Source: a virus. From it: a stretch of 64,000 nucleotides of DNA. Position 1 is the stretch's first letter. Each line of letters opens with the position of its first letter. The DNA is taken from positions 219,296 to 283,295 of the IMG/VR virus record IMGVR_UViG_3300036781_000418. The stretch is one strand, 5' to 3'. Shown here piece after piece: positions 45,763 through 55,421 of the stretch. Below the pieces are notes generated by a model. That model saw nothing but the letters and a program-made list of their open reading frames with translations, had not been told where the DNA came from and made no database searches. Both the position numbers and the translations under genes were made by a program.

Positions 45763-45775
45763 CTGGAGACCCACG

Positions 45776-46792
45776 ATGAAAGTTGTCCTTAACCCAAACC
45801 TCGTTGAAGTGCCGGCACTTCAACGCAATCCACGCTACAAGTCCTATCGCGATGACATGAACGCCTTCATGCCGTACATGACGGAGCGGCTTCTTGGCTG
45901 GAAAGGTTTTAAGACTACGCTCAAGGACTACGTCAGCATGACGCCGCGCGAGGGTCGTGATCGTTTGACCATGGGTTTCATGGGCACGTTGGCTGACTGC
46001 TACTCGCGCCACCGCAAGTTCCGCCTGTCACCGACTGACATGTGGTTTGTAGCCATGTCCGAAACGGCCAAGCTCGTCAACGCCCAACCTGAAGTGTACC
46101 GCCACTTGTTCACGGACTCCGACCAAAAGAAGGAGATCACGGTGATGACGGGCGACCCGGCGCAAATTGGCATCAGCGCCCTCATCCAGCAGTTGGTTGG
46201 CCTGCTGCCTAAGCAGGATGGCTACGACACCCTTGAGTTGATGGTGCCTGAGCTGTCCACCTCCAACAGTCGTTCCAGCATCGCCGTGGCGGCCTGCTTC
46301 TGCGACATGGTTCAGTCGTACTACAGCTACTCCACGATGATGTGCGGTCTGCCGGAGCTTGACGTGGCCGGCGTGGTGGAAGACTGGACCATGCTGACTC
46401 GGAACACTGAGGCCCTTGGCGAGATGTTCGGTAGCACGCCAGCTGGGGTGTACATGGTTCAGCTCAACTGGTTGTTCTCAGCCATCGCCGCGCAGTTCAT
46501 GCTGCCTGAACCTAACGTTGACTTCTGGAAGGACATCTTCCGCACGAAGAACGTCGGCTCAGGCGGTGAGCTTGAGATCAACGGTTGGATCGCACAGCTT
46601 TATCCACTTGACAAGCGTGGCAAGAAGCTTGAAAACTTTGAGATCGCGGTGGGCGGCGTTCCGTACAAGAACCTCGAGACCCAGCGTGAATTCACCGCCT
46701 ACTACGGCGCCTTCTCCGAGCTGATCGACGCCGACGGTTTCGTCTACCTCGACTACGACTACTTCGTCATTGAACGCAACCCCAAGGAGTGA
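45776..46792 (+). CDS. hypothetical protein (338 aa)
   Basis: start at MKVVLNPN. Confidence 0.5.
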   Translation: MKVVLNPNLVEVPALQRNPRYKSYRDDMNAFMPYMTERLLGWKGFKTTLKDYVSMTPREGRDRLTMGFMGTLADCYSRHRKFRLSPTDMWFVAMSETAKLVNAQPEVYRHLFTDSDQKKEITVMTGDPAQIGISALIQQLVGLLPKQDGYDTLELMVPELSTSNSRSSIAVAACFCDMVQSYYSYSTMMCGLPELDVAGVVEDWTMLTRNTEALGEMFGSTPAGVYMVQLNWLFSAIAAQFMLPEPNVDFWKDIFRTKNVGSGGELEINGWIAQLYPLDKRGKKLENFEIAVGGVPYKNLETQREFTAYYGAFSELIDADGFVYLDYDYFVIERNPKE

Positions 46793-46795
46793 ACC

Positions 46796-47215
46796 ATGTT
46801 GATCAAGGATAGGATGCCTAAGTTGGTCGAGCTCGATAAAGTGTGTCTTGAGTCTCGCGCCGCGATGGTCAAGCCGCTGATTAAGGTCAACAACAAGCTT
46901 TGGACCATTCAGCCAGTGGATCTCAGAAACGAGGTCTTTACCTGGGATCCAAAGCGACTGCAGCAGGTAGATGACGTAGAGCTGGTCACGTCCATCTCTA
47001 CCTATCACCACTGCGGCCACCCCGCGCTGTTTAAACCGTCCATCAGTGAGGTGCTGTGTCAGCTTCCAGAGGACTTCGCCAAGCAAGGCATCTGTTGGTT
47101 TGTAACCGAGACTGAAGACGTCCAAATTTGTGCGGACGGCGAAGGTCACAAAACAACCACCCACCTGTACCGATACAAGGCGGACGACGTCGGCAGCGTC
47201 GCCAACTGGGGCTGA
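46796..47215 (+). CDS. hypothetical protein (139 aa)
   Basis: ORF track. Confidence 0.5.
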   Translation: MLIKDRMPKLVELDKVCLESRAAMVKPLIKVNNKLWTIQPVDLRNEVFTWDPKRLQQVDDVELVTSISTYHHCGHPALFKPSISEVLCQLPEDFAKQGICWFVTETEDVQICADGEGHKTTTHLYRYKADDVGSVANWG

Positions 47216-47216
47216 G

Positions 47217-47759
47217 ATGAAACCGTACCATCACCTTCAAGGCTTCATGCACCGCTGGTTGGTGTACAAGCTTGGGCGCTTGATGGTGCGCGTCCATCAC
47301 TTTCTCGACGTGGATCGGACACCCTTCCACCACACCCACCCGTTCCACTACATCTCGATCGTCTACTGGGGTGGGTACACCGAGGAGGTAGTAGACGAAC
47401 GTGGCATCGTGTGGACGAAGTCATGGCGGGCGCCGGCCATCATCGTTCGTCGGCAGGAAGTTCCACACCGCATCATCAGCCTGCGTGGAGGTTGCTGCCG
47501 TACGCTGATCTTCACATGGTACACTGGTCGCACATGGCACCTACGCCGCATTCCCAACTTTACGCCTGAAGGTTACTTCAACTGCAAGGATGGAATGTAC
47601 ATGTTCAGTGACGGATTTCGTAAACGGTTCAACGGTCGCTGGTACAAGCTTTATCCAACGATCAACGAGGCGCGGGACACCCTGGTCTTGTCGATCCACC
47701 AGAACATAAACGCTGGTGAACCAACAAATCACTTCAGCGCGCGCCGCGCCTCACTATAA
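47217..47759 (+). CDS. hypothetical His-rich protein (180 aa)
   Basis: start at MKPYHH. Confidence 0.5.
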   Translation: MKPYHHLQGFMHRWLVYKLGRLMVRVHHFLDVDRTPFHHTHPFHYISIVYWGGYTEEVVDERGIVWTKSWRAPAIIVRRQEVPHRIISLRGGCCRTLIFTWYTGRTWHLRRIPNFTPEGYFNCKDGMYMFSDGFRKRFNGRWYKLYPTINEARDTLVLSIHQNINAGEPTNHFSARRASL

Positions 47760-47766
47760 TTGGCGT

Positions 47767-48165
47767 ATGAGACAACCAATCATTCATCCAGGCGACGCTG
47801 ACGCGTCGTTTGAGGACCATGAATTCGTGATTCGCTTCGCAGACGGCCGCTGGCACGCTGGCGACGGGCGAGCCGTCGACAAGCTACGCGAGGCCATCGT
47901 CTACGAGACCTCTACTGAGCTCAACGTGGACCTTGCACGCCTAAGACGCGCCAAGCCTTACCAGGGTCCGTGCGACTGTGGCTGCATGGACATGGTGGCT
48001 ACCACCTCCTTCGGCATGCTGAACTTCCTGAAGCGCCGTATGGAGGGTGCCGGTGTGTCGGACACCGTGGGTCAAGGCTACGCCCGTGATATCGGATTCA
48101 TCCTGGAGCGTGAACGTCGGATGCTCCTCAACCTGCCAACCAACCGCCTCAAGGACAAATCATGA
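47767..48165 (+). CDS. hypothetical protein (132 aa)
   Basis: start at MRQPIIH. Confidence 0.45.
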   Translation: MRQPIIHPGDADASFEDHEFVIRFADGRWHAGDGRAVDKLREAIVYETSTELNVDLARLRRAKPYQGPCDCGCMDMVATTSFGMLNFLKRRMEGAGVSDTVGQGYARDIGFILERERRMLLNLPTNRLKDKS

Positions 48166-48332
48166 CACCGCCCTTCATCATCGTCGCGTTGATCGTCGCC
48201 GCCCTAGCGCTGCTGGTCATTGGCCCAATCGTTGCGATCGGCCTGCTGCTCAAGCTGGTCTTCTCAAAAGCCGGGCTCTTCCTCTTGTTCGTGGGTGTGC
48301 TGTCCTACTACTCCTTCAGAGATCGCAAATGA
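48162..48332 (+). CDS. small hydrophobic membrane protein (56 aa)
   Basis: ATGA overlap; 2 TM; below track cutoff. Confidence 0.35.
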   Translation: MTPPFIIVALIVAALALLVIGPIVAIGLLLKLVFSKAGLFLLFVGVLSYYSFRDRK

Positions 48333-48562
48333 ACACCCGTTCGGAAGGTAAGCGCTACATCCTGCATGTCGCTGGCCGTGGGTTCTATCGAGGCGTCACT
48401 GGTTCGAGTCCAGTGTACTCTTACACCAAGAACGTCGGTGAGGCGAAGCGCTACGTCACCCTTACCGAGTTGGGCGCGATCTCAGTGGCCCTCGAAGCCT
48501 ACGTTGGTCTAGGCACTGTGACGCCTCGCCAAATCAAGATCACCGTGGAGCTCCTCCCATGA
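48329..48562 (+). CDS. hypothetical protein (77 aa)
   Basis: ATGA overlap. Confidence 0.45.
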   Translation: MNTRSEGKRYILHVAGRGFYRGVTGSSPVYSYTKNVGEAKRYVTLTELGAISVALEAYVGLGTVTPRQIKITVELLP

Positions 48563-48933
48563 TTGAGTACCTGTGGTATGTCCTGAGGCTGAACTTCAGA
48601 TTTGGAGGTCCAGCTTCCGTCGGTGCAGTCATGCAGATGGAAGGCTACACTGACTGCGATATCCATGAAATTGAGCGGCACGTCGCCCATGAAGAGGCGC
48701 TTAAGCTCTGGAACCTGCTTGGTGAAGCGCCTCGGTCGCATATTGCGTCAGGTTTTGTACGTGACGTCTTTGGTTGGGCGGCCGGCGGAAAGCTGCCGGC
48801 GAGAACGGCCCTCCTCTACGCACAGCACTCCGTGAACACCAACGAGACCAGCTGCTGGGTGCGGTGGGCTATGGAGGAGATCATGAGCCTGGTTGAAGGC
48901 TATGACCTGGAGAACTATTCCGGCCGGAATTGA
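48559..48933 (+). CDS. hypothetical protein (124 aa)
   Basis: ORF track. Confidence 0.5.
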   Translation: MIEYLWYVLRLNFRFGGPASVGAVMQMEGYTDCDIHEIERHVAHEEALKLWNLLGEAPRSHIASGFVRDVFGWAAGGKLPARTALLYAQHSVNTNETSCWVRWAMEEIMSLVEGYDLENYSGRN

Positions 48934-48949
48934 TCCTGCACCAGGAAAT

Positions 48950-49015
48950 ATGTTACACAGTCCTGGGGCCGTTACACCTTCGGATATGTACATTTCGTCA
49001 GACAGGTCTATAATT
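48950..49015 (+). promoter_or_regulatory. promoter module copy A: GTTACA-N13-GTTACA, TGTACA, N16, TATAAT
   Basis: same architecture and spacing as copies at 51262 and 55931; 68 nt before ATG 49083. Confidence 0.5.
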
Positions 49016-49082
49016 CGCTCAACGCCACAGAACGTGTGCGCCGGAACCGAGCCACCTCTCGGATACTTGCTGAGGAAAACGA

Positions 49083-49679
49083 ATGAACACAGCTCAAAGC
49101 GCCGGCAGCACCGGCGGAACTCCTTCGACGGCCACGAATCCGGCTGACACCTCCACCACGACCTCCACGGAACCCGGCACCACCACGGTGAATCCGGCTA
49201 CGACGCCAGCTGGTACGCCGGACAACACCACCCCGCCGGCCCCGAAGGCCACGGTCAAGGTGAAGGCCGCCGCCAAGTCGACCAAGGTCAAGGCTGACGG
49301 CAAGAAGGAAGCTCCGAAGAAGGAGGCCAAGCCGAAGGCTGAGCCCAAGGCCAAACCCGTCAAAGAAGCCAAGCCGCCGAAGGAGCCCAAGGCTCCGCGC
49401 GTTCCGACCGAGCGCAAGCCGGCCAAGGACGCCATGGCCCTCCGCACGCGCTTCTCCTTCGGTGACGCGTTCCTCCGCGTCGCTGAAGAAGGCAAGCACC
49501 ACGACATGGGCAAGCTGGCCGCGTTCGGCGCTGCCTGCGGCCTGGGTACCTTCGAGGAACTCTCGAAGCGTGAGCACCAAAACCTGAGCGACGCGATCAT
49601 GGGCCACATCAAGCTCGGCGACCGCAAAGACTTCCCGAAGAACTTCAAGCTCGACGAAGGCAAGATCGCCGGTATCTGA
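49083..49679 (+). CDS. histone-H1-like AKP/KPK-repeat protein with C-terminal 'SFG...HHD..KL(S/A)AF' domain
   Basis: T/P-rich N-terminus, Lys/Ala/Pro repeats, C-terminal domain paralogous to 51378 and 56071 gene products. Confidence 0.6.
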   Translation: MNTAQSAGSTGGTPSTATNPADTSTTTSTEPGTTTVNPATTPAGTPDNTTPPAPKATVKVKAAAKSTKVKADGKKEAPKKEAKPKAEPKAKPVKEAKPPKEPKAPRVPTERKPAKDAMALRTRFSFGDAFLRVAEEGKHHDMGKLAAFGAACGLGTFEELSKREHQNLSDAIMGHIKLGDRKDFPKNFKLDEGKIAGI

Positions 49680-49696
49680 TCGGCCACGCCATCCAC

Positions 49697-49726
49697 AAGG
49701 GGACCGTAAGGTCCCCTTTCCGTTTT
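49697..49726 (+). terminator. rho-independent terminator
   Basis: ggggacc-gtaa-ggtcccc followed by TTTCCGTTTT. Confidence 0.65.
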
Positions 49727-49737
49727 CAGGAGAACTC

Positions 49738-50118
49738 ATGAAGCCTCTGTTCCCATTTGACCTGTCCACATACGACTGCGACATGCTGCTCAGCGACAAC
49801 CCTGAGCACGCCGAGGCCTTCCGAAAGCTCACGGTATATCGCACCGTTAACCGTCATGAAGTCACCGCCACGGTCACCGAGGACGCAAAGGTCAAGATCA
49901 ACGCGTGGGCGTCCAGCGACAGCGGCTTCATGCAGCAGGCCGGTACGTACTGGACGAAGATCATTCAGCTGTCTCAACTCCAGGTCCGGCAATACGTCAT
50001 GAAGGAGGTGCAGCGCCGGGCGATTGAGGAGATTATGGAGGAGGATCGCCAGGAACAGCTTCAACGGGTGGCCGCCAGAGCCAAGTCGATCGCTGCTAAG
50101 CTTGGTGTGTCGAAGTAG
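49738..50118 (+). CDS. hypothetical protein (126 aa)
   Basis: ORF track. Confidence 0.5.
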   Translation: MKPLFPFDLSTYDCDMLLSDNPEHAEAFRKLTVYRTVNRHEVTATVTEDAKVKINAWASSDSGFMQQAGTYWTKIIQLSQLQVRQYVMKEVQRRAIEEIMEEDRQEQLQRVAARAKSIAAKLGVSK

Positions 50119-50137
50119 TACCGACCCGGCGACACGA

Positions 50138-50166
50138 GGGAGGCTGAGGGCCTCCCTTCTTCGTTT
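50138..50166 (+). terminator. rho-independent terminator followed by a TAAATAG box
   Basis: gggaggc-tgagg-gcctccc then TTCTTCGTTT then gTAAATAG. Confidence 0.6.
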
Positions 50167-50197
50167 GTAAATAGTGCATTCACTTGAGCTCCTACGA

Positions 50198-51259
50198 ATG
50201 CGCCTGACCACCCTACTAGAGTCCCGAAAGGTCCGTGACTACCGTCATCCTCACGCTAACATGGCACGAGAAAAGTACTTCGGAGATGACAAGGGTCCGG
50301 AGTACATCGACCCGAAGGACGGCTTTCACTTTGAGACGAACTCCTACGGCGAGCTTGTCCTGTCAAGCACGAACAACCACAACTACTCCGCCATCGTGTC
50401 CATGGATCCGGAGGAGGTGGCCAAGCTGCGCAAGCCAGGTCAAGGTCAAGGTCTACCTCGCGCCCTTGCGGATCGAATCAAGCAGGGCGGCAACGAGACG
50501 TGGAACGAGTTCGGCGGCAAGGTCACCTACGCCGACAAGACGATTCGCTGCACCATCCAGCACATCCACAACAACAGGAAGCGGACCCGCATCGCCGAGG
50601 ACATTCACGTAATCAAGACCGCGTTGTCGCAGCTGAAAAAGTACGGCGTCACCGACGACTTCAAGCTGACTGCGATTCAAAGCCCGTTCAAGAATATGAC
50701 GGTGGGTGAAGTGCTCGGTATGCCGGACAGCAACTTCGTCTACAACATGGCCAACGCCACCACGGCCGCCATGCGCAAGCACATCAAGAACGTCAACAAG
50801 AACGGCAAATCTCGAGTTGTTAAGGACATGGACTCCTTCACCGAGCTGGCGAACAAGACGGACCTTGATTGGCCTGATCGCTACTGGCACGCGCAGGACA
50901 TCACCACCAACTCCTACTGGTTTGGCGGCAAGATGGAGTCGCTCCACGGAGACGAGGACGGTGAAATTCTGTCGCTGAAGGACCACGCCAAGCTCTTCTC
51001 CAAGCTCCTGCTCCGCCACATCGCGAAGCTGCAGGACGAAGGCATCGACGTGGTGTTCCCACCGGACGGCACGCGTCGCATGCAGCAGGCCATGCACCCA
51101 GACTGGGTATCACTTACGGGTGAGGATCTGAAGGAGCGCAAGACGGAGAAGCTTGAGCAGATGAAGGAGGACATGACGAAGTTCTTCAACGGAATCGAGG
51201 ACGATGCCAAGAAGATCGAGCTGAACCTGCTCTTGACCTACTTGGGGATCACGATCTAG
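50198..51259 (+). CDS. hypothetical protein (~353 aa); start uncertain
   Basis: ORF track (GTG at 50174) or the ATG at 50198. Confidence 0.5.
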   Translation: MRLTTLLESRKVRDYRHPHANMAREKYFGDDKGPEYIDPKDGFHFETNSYGELVLSSTNNHNYSAIVSMDPEEVAKLRKPGQGQGLPRALADRIKQGGNETWNEFGGKVTYADKTIRCTIQHIHNNRKRTRIAEDIHVIKTALSQLKKYGVTDDFKLTAIQSPFKNMTVGEVLGMPDSNFVYNMANATTAAMRKHIKNVNKNGKSRVVKDMDSFTELANKTDLDWPDRYWHAQDITTNSYWFGGKMESLHGDEDGEILSLKDHAKLFSKLLLRHIAKLQDEGIDVVFPPDGTRRMQQAMHPDWVSLTGEDLKERKTEKLEQMKEDMTKFFNGIEDDAKKIELNLLLTYLGITI

Positions 51260-51261
51260 AA

Positions 51262-51324
51262 CGTTACAACTTCGGGATAACGTTACACTTTAGCAGTGTA
51301 CAAATCCCCAGGTCATGCTAGAAT
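51262..51324 (+). promoter_or_regulatory. promoter module copy B: GTTACA-N13-GTTACA, TGTACA, N16, TAGAAT, then conserved leader
   Basis: leader tcaactcatgcaaacaagcaat shared with copy C. Confidence 0.5.
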
Positions 51325-51377
51325 TCAACTCATGCAAACAAGCAATCCCGCTAGTTGCAGAACCTGGAGAATACATC

Positions 51378-51692
51378 ATGACCTCGACTTCCAAGACCGC
51401 ACGAACCGCCGCTACCCGTGACCTGGCCGCCCATCGCATCGCGATGAACAGCCGCGGTCGCATGTCCTTCGGCCGCACGTTCCTCGACACCCTCAAGGCT
51501 GGCAACTCCCACCACGACGCCGCCAAGCTGTCCGCCTTCTTGGTCGCCAACGGCGCCGAGACCGCGAAGTCCATCAAGGCGAAAGCCAAGTCCGGCGAGC
51601 TGACGCTGGAATCCTTGAGCAAGGCCGCTACGACCCTGATCAAGAAGACACCGGAAGACCAACTGGTGATGAAGTTCAACCTGAACGACTAA
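51378..51692 (+). CDS. small 'SFG...HHD' family protein (104 aa)
   Basis: AAHRIAMNSRGRMSFGRTFL...HHDAAKLSAF; paralog of 56071-56358. Confidence 0.55.
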   Translation: MTSTSKTARTAATRDLAAHRIAMNSRGRMSFGRTFLDTLKAGNSHHDAAKLSAFLVANGAETAKSIKAKAKSGELTLESLSKAATTLIKKTPEDQLVMKFNLND

Positions 51693-51745
51693 ACCTCAGC
51701 CACCTACGCCCACATCGCTGGGCGTAGGACCTTTCTGGAGACATC

Positions 51746-51952
51746 ATGACTGTGACGAATGTCCTCCGCGAGTTGCTTGCCGTTCGCGAGTTACGCGCCG
51801 AGTATATGCGCCAAAAGCAGCGACGCGCTGTGAAGTTCCGCCGCGACCTTGCCCAAGTTGCTGAGGCTGATCGTCTGAAAGCCGAGCTGGACGTTCGAGA
51901 GCCGGCCGCCTGGAAGATGGCCGAGGACGTCCTTCGAATCCAAGGAGATTAA
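51746..51952 (+). CDS. hypothetical protein (68 aa)
   Basis: ORF track. Confidence 0.45.
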   Translation: MTVTNVLRELLAVRELRAEYMRQKQRRAVKFRRDLAQVAEADRLKAELDVREPAAWKMAEDVLRIQGD

Positions 51953-51953
51953 C

Positions 51954-52133
51954 ATGATCAACCATGACTACGACGCAGTCAGCCTTCAAGCTGACGTTTG
52001 GAAGGCCGTGGCTCGCAGTCAGCTGCAACGTCCGGACTTTAACAGCCGTGGCGCAGCCATTGCGTTCGCCAAGGCGGTGTTCGAGGGTAAGCGTAAGGCC
52101 GAACCGGCCGTTGAGGAGATCAAGCATGACTGA
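51954..52133 (+). CDS. small protein (59 aa)
   Basis: below track cutoff; overlaps next start. Confidence 0.3.
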   Translation: MINHDYDAVSLQADVWKAVARSQLQRPDFNSRGAAIAFAKAVFEGKRKAEPAVEEIKHD

Positions 52134-52812
52134 AGACCGCATCATCGACAAGATCAAGAAGTGCCTGGAGCTGGCCAAGGACGATCGTGCTAACCCATCC
52201 GAGGCCGCCAACGCCCTGCGTCAGGCCCAAGCCCTGATGAAGAAGCACAACGTCACCTTGGGTCACATCGACCGGTCGGCCATCGGCACGGTGAACGTCA
52301 CGGCCTGCAGTGTCTCGCGCCCGAAGCGCTGGGAGCTGGACCTGATGCACCTGATGGGTCGTGCCTTTGGCTGTAAGGTCACCTGGATCTCGGGTCGGTC
52401 TGGTACGCGCTTCGGTCGGTTTAACCTGATCGGCGTGAAGTCTCAGCTGGAGATCGCCCACTACACGGCCGAGGTCATGCAGCGGAAGCTCTACAAGGCC
52501 CGCGCCAACTACGTGTCCACGTTGCCGCTCTGGATGACACGCGGTGAGAAGACCCAGGCGGCCGACGGTTTCTGCATCGGTTGGGTCGAGGCAGTCCAGA
52601 AGACGGTCCACGACTTTGAGCAGGACGGCAAGGTTAAACTGTTGCTCGAGACGATCGTCAAGGAAGCAACTGGTGATCGTCAGGCGAACATCCATGATCG
52701 TGAAGTGGCGGACGAGGACATGATGGCGGGCTACCGTGTCGGCAAGACCGAGTCGATCCACCGCCCCATGAAGGACCGTGACCCCCAACTTCAGATTGGA
52801 CACGACTCATGA
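52126..52812 (+). CDS. hypothetical protein with DUF2786-like N-terminus
   Basis: IIDKIKKCLELAKDDRANPSEAANALRQAQALMKKH pattern; remainder unknown. Confidence 0.45.
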   Translation: MTEDRIIDKIKKCLELAKDDRANPSEAANALRQAQALMKKHNVTLGHIDRSAIGTVNVTACSVSRPKRWELDLMHLMGRAFGCKVTWISGRSGTRFGRFNLIGVKSQLEIAHYTAEVMQRKLYKARANYVSTLPLWMTRGEKTQAADGFCIGWVEAVQKTVHDFEQDGKVKLLLETIVKEATGDRQANIHDREVADEDMMAGYRVGKTESIHRPMKDRDPQLQIGHDS

Positions 52813-52991
52813 AGAACATTCCCAACATCACGTACCTGATGCGCTGCATCCGGTGTGATCACGAGCAGAAGGTAACCTCAGCCGCGGCCCATGAGGACGA
52901 CAAGGGCGAGCAGAGCTTCTACTTTGGTTCTCGATACGACTTCTGTGACCTGTGCGACGGTCACATGGTCGTCATCAAGCAGCTCGATTAA
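52809..52991 (+). CDS. small zinc-ribbon protein (60 aa)
   Basis: CIRCDHE...CDLCDGH. Confidence 0.45.
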   Translation: MKNIPNITYLMRCIRCDHEQKVTSAAAHEDDKGEQSFYFGSRYDFCDLCDGHMVVIKQLD

Positions 52992-53010
52992 CCACCTCGA
53001 AACCACCGAC

Positions 53011-53037
53011 AGGGCCTTAGGGCCCTTTGTTCGTTTC
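53011..53037 (+). terminator. rho-independent terminator followed by a TAAATAG box
   Basis: agggcc-ttag-ggccct then TTGTTCGTTTC then ttaaatag. Confidence 0.6.
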
Positions 53038-53068
53038 TTAAATAGAGGATCACAATGTGGATCCTCGA

Positions 53069-53548
53069 ATGAAGCTTGCCACCCTCCATGAAAGCGGCAC
53101 CCTAGATACCAAGGACGTCTCGACGCTCGTCCAGTTCCTGACTGATGTATGCGAAAATCATAAGTTCAGTCACTGGCAGCCGTTTCTCGGTTTGGTAAAG
53201 GACTATGGGCACTACGACGCCGCGTCAGTTGAGGCCATGTACATGGGAATGTACATGGACGGCACTATTGGAATAGGAAGCCTAGATCAGGTTGTCAAGA
53301 ATCTAAATCAGCTGAACAATGAGTTTACTCGGAACCTTGACCACGTGATGGGCAAGGAAGCCAAGGAGCTTATCAGCCGAGGCATGATCAACCGCTTCGA
53401 TCAACTAGGTGAGACAATAAAGCTTGCCAACGCCTTTCACACCCTGATTCAGTGGGCTGACGACGACAAAGATGAATTTGATTCAGACGAACGGGCAATC
53501 TACGACAAGCTAATCACGCACCTTGAAAACAAGGCCCAGACGGTCTAA
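53069..53548 (+). CDS. acidic helical protein, MKLATLxES family member 1
   Basis: start at MKLATLHESG (track start 53057 is upstream in frame). Confidence 0.5.
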   Translation: MKLATLHESGTLDTKDVSTLVQFLTDVCENHKFSHWQPFLGLVKDYGHYDAASVEAMYMGMYMDGTIGIGSLDQVVKNLNQLNNEFTRNLDHVMGKEAKELISRGMINRFDQLGETIKLANAFHTLIQWADDDKDEFDSDERAIYDKLITHLENKAQTV

Positions 53549-53572
53549 ATACCAGATCACACGGATTCCCAA

Positions 53573-54052
53573 ATGAAGCTAGCAACCCTACGAGAAAGCC
53601 TAACTGGCAAGGCCCTCATCGATCACATCGAGCTCGCCGCGACCGAGGTCTTCGGCGAGGAGAACTCCCAGTGGGCGCCAGGCATCAACACCAAAGTAGA
53701 GGTCCTTGAACAAGGTCTCAAGTGGGCCGTTCACGAATGGAACGATTCAGGTGGTCACCATGATTTTGGATTTAGCCTTAACAGTCGAGCTGTCAAGCTT
53801 GGCCAGGCCGCCTCTTCTCTGCAGCTAAGCCCTGCACCGAATCCGGCTAAGCTTGAGGTGCTTGAGGAATTTGACCGAAAGGTCAATGAACTTGTCGATG
53901 TTTACTCTCAGCTGGATGCAGTTTCCACCGCCGCCGAGATGTTCTTCGACATCGTTCATGACATGAACCAGGTCATCGAAGATGACGAGGATAAGTACAA
54001 AACAAAGGTCGCGATGAACACCATGAAGCTCATGGGCGCGGAGGTCTTCTAA
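53573..54052 (+). CDS. acidic helical protein, MKLATLxES family member 2
   Basis: N-terminus MKLATLRESLTGK. Confidence 0.55.
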   Translation: MKLATLRESLTGKALIDHIELAATEVFGEENSQWAPGINTKVEVLEQGLKWAVHEWNDSGGHHDFGFSLNSRAVKLGQAASSLQLSPAPNPAKLEVLEEFDRKVNELVDVYSQLDAVSTAAEMFFDIVHDMNQVIEDDEDKYKTKVAMNTMKLMGAEVF

Positions 54053-54831
54053 TGAACCTAGAACAACTACTCGAAGGCGACGACGCAACCGAGAGCACAC
54101 CAGTCGCGCTCTTCAAAGAACTACGTGCGCTCGTTGCGAAGTTTGAGGCGCCACTTACCGTCGCTGCGCGAAAAACTAGAACCGGAACGGTCATCGTGTT
54201 TAAGCCGTCGAATAAGTCAGACGCCAACAATATCCTGTCGAACGAAGACCTGATCATGCTGTTCAGCAAACAGCTCAAGAAGGTCTTGGCTGAGAAGATC
54301 CACGCTGGTCAGAAGTTCGTGCTCTTTCAGCTCCAACTCTCCGACGCGCAGGCAGCCCATTGGTTCAAGCAGTTCAACAAGGAAGACACACTTGACGAGC
54401 TGGACGCCTTCACAAAGGACGGCCGACTACCAAAGATCTACGTTCAGCGTGGGGCGGACGACCTTGGTGAAATGACGATCGACTTGACGATTGGGTATAA
54501 GACGCCTAGCGCGAAACGAGCCAAGAGCTTTCAAACCAGTTTTAGCTTTTCAGCGCCCACCGACACGATCAACGCCATCGTCAAGATCGCCAACCGCGAT
54601 GGACGCTATCTCCAACTACATTATCCATCCGTGGTGTTCAACGAGCTGGTCAAGTTGCTGGTGTCACTTGGCGCGCCAATCGACAAGGTCATCACCGACC
54701 TTGATCAACAGTTTCCTAGCGCGAGCATGCACGTGATCGCGTACCAGTCGCTTAAGCGAGCTCGCAACGTCCCTGGACCAAGGATTGGAGAGCTGATGTT
54801 GAAGCTCGCCAACGAATCGACTAAGGCCTAA
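54052..54831 (+). CDS. hypothetical protein (259 aa), N-terminus MNLEQLLEG
   Basis: ORF track; ATGA overlap. Confidence 0.5.
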   Translation: MNLEQLLEGDDATESTPVALFKELRALVAKFEAPLTVAARKTRTGTVIVFKPSNKSDANNILSNEDLIMLFSKQLKKVLAEKIHAGQKFVLFQLQLSDAQAAHWFKQFNKEDTLDELDAFTKDGRLPKIYVQRGADDLGEMTIDLTIGYKTPSAKRAKSFQTSFSFSAPTDTINAIVKIANRDGRYLQLHYPSVVFNELVKLLVSLGAPIDKVITDLDQQFPSASMHVIAYQSLKRARNVPGPRIGELMLKLANESTKA

Positions 54832-54832
54832 C

Positions 54833-55357
54833 GTGAAACTTTCAAACCTTACCGAGTCAAGTGGTGGCAAGCCAATGGTTGATTCGCTAGTAAAGCTTGC
54901 CAATGAGGTGCACAGCACGACCAACGCGCAACGAGTGAGAAGCGCAATGGACGGCTTGTCAGACGAAAGCGTACAGCACGCCCTTGAACAAGCCGTCAAG
55001 CTGTCGCAGAAGTACGGCTCAGACGGTGCCTACAACTTGTTCTCAAATCCACTTGACAACTACGACAAAATTAGGTTGGACATCGACAAGCTTCATGTGG
55101 GAAGTGAGGATTCTCACGGTGACAGGGTGCAGGTGCTTGATCCAAAGCTGCTGGTTAAGTTGAAGGCCGTCTCAGAGAGCTTCATCTCCGTAATTGAGGA
55201 GCTGCACGATGGGGCGAACCTCATCAAACAGCTCCTTAAGCTGTTTGACTTCTTTGAGCACTATCATCGAAACATCGAAACGCGTGATCATGAAGATGCG
55301 GACGTTCACAAGGCGTTGATCAAGGCCATTTTTAAAAAGCTAGGATTGGATCTATGA
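54833..55357 (+). CDS. acidic helical protein, family member 3 (GTG start)
   Basis: N-terminus (M)KLSNLTESSGGK. Confidence 0.5.
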   Translation: MKLSNLTESSGGKPMVDSLVKLANEVHSTTNAQRVRSAMDGLSDESVQHALEQAVKLSQKYGSDGAYNLFSNPLDNYDKIRLDIDKLHVGSEDSHGDRVQVLDPKLLVKLKAVSESFISVIEELHDGANLIKQLLKLFDFFEHYHRNIETRDHEDADVHKALIKAIFKKLGLDL

Positions 55358-55421
55358 AGAAGGGTTTCCTATTTGAAGCTGGTCCGGTGTCGGCGAAGAA
55401 GTTTGGATTGGAGTTTACGGA

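Noticed and set aside
49008-49844. 278-aa minus-strand ORF overlapping the histone-like gene
   Set aside because: It is the reverse complement of a Lys/Ala/Pro repeat region, which gives Gly/Arg/Leu repeats. The plus-strand gene has the paralog-supported C-terminal domain.
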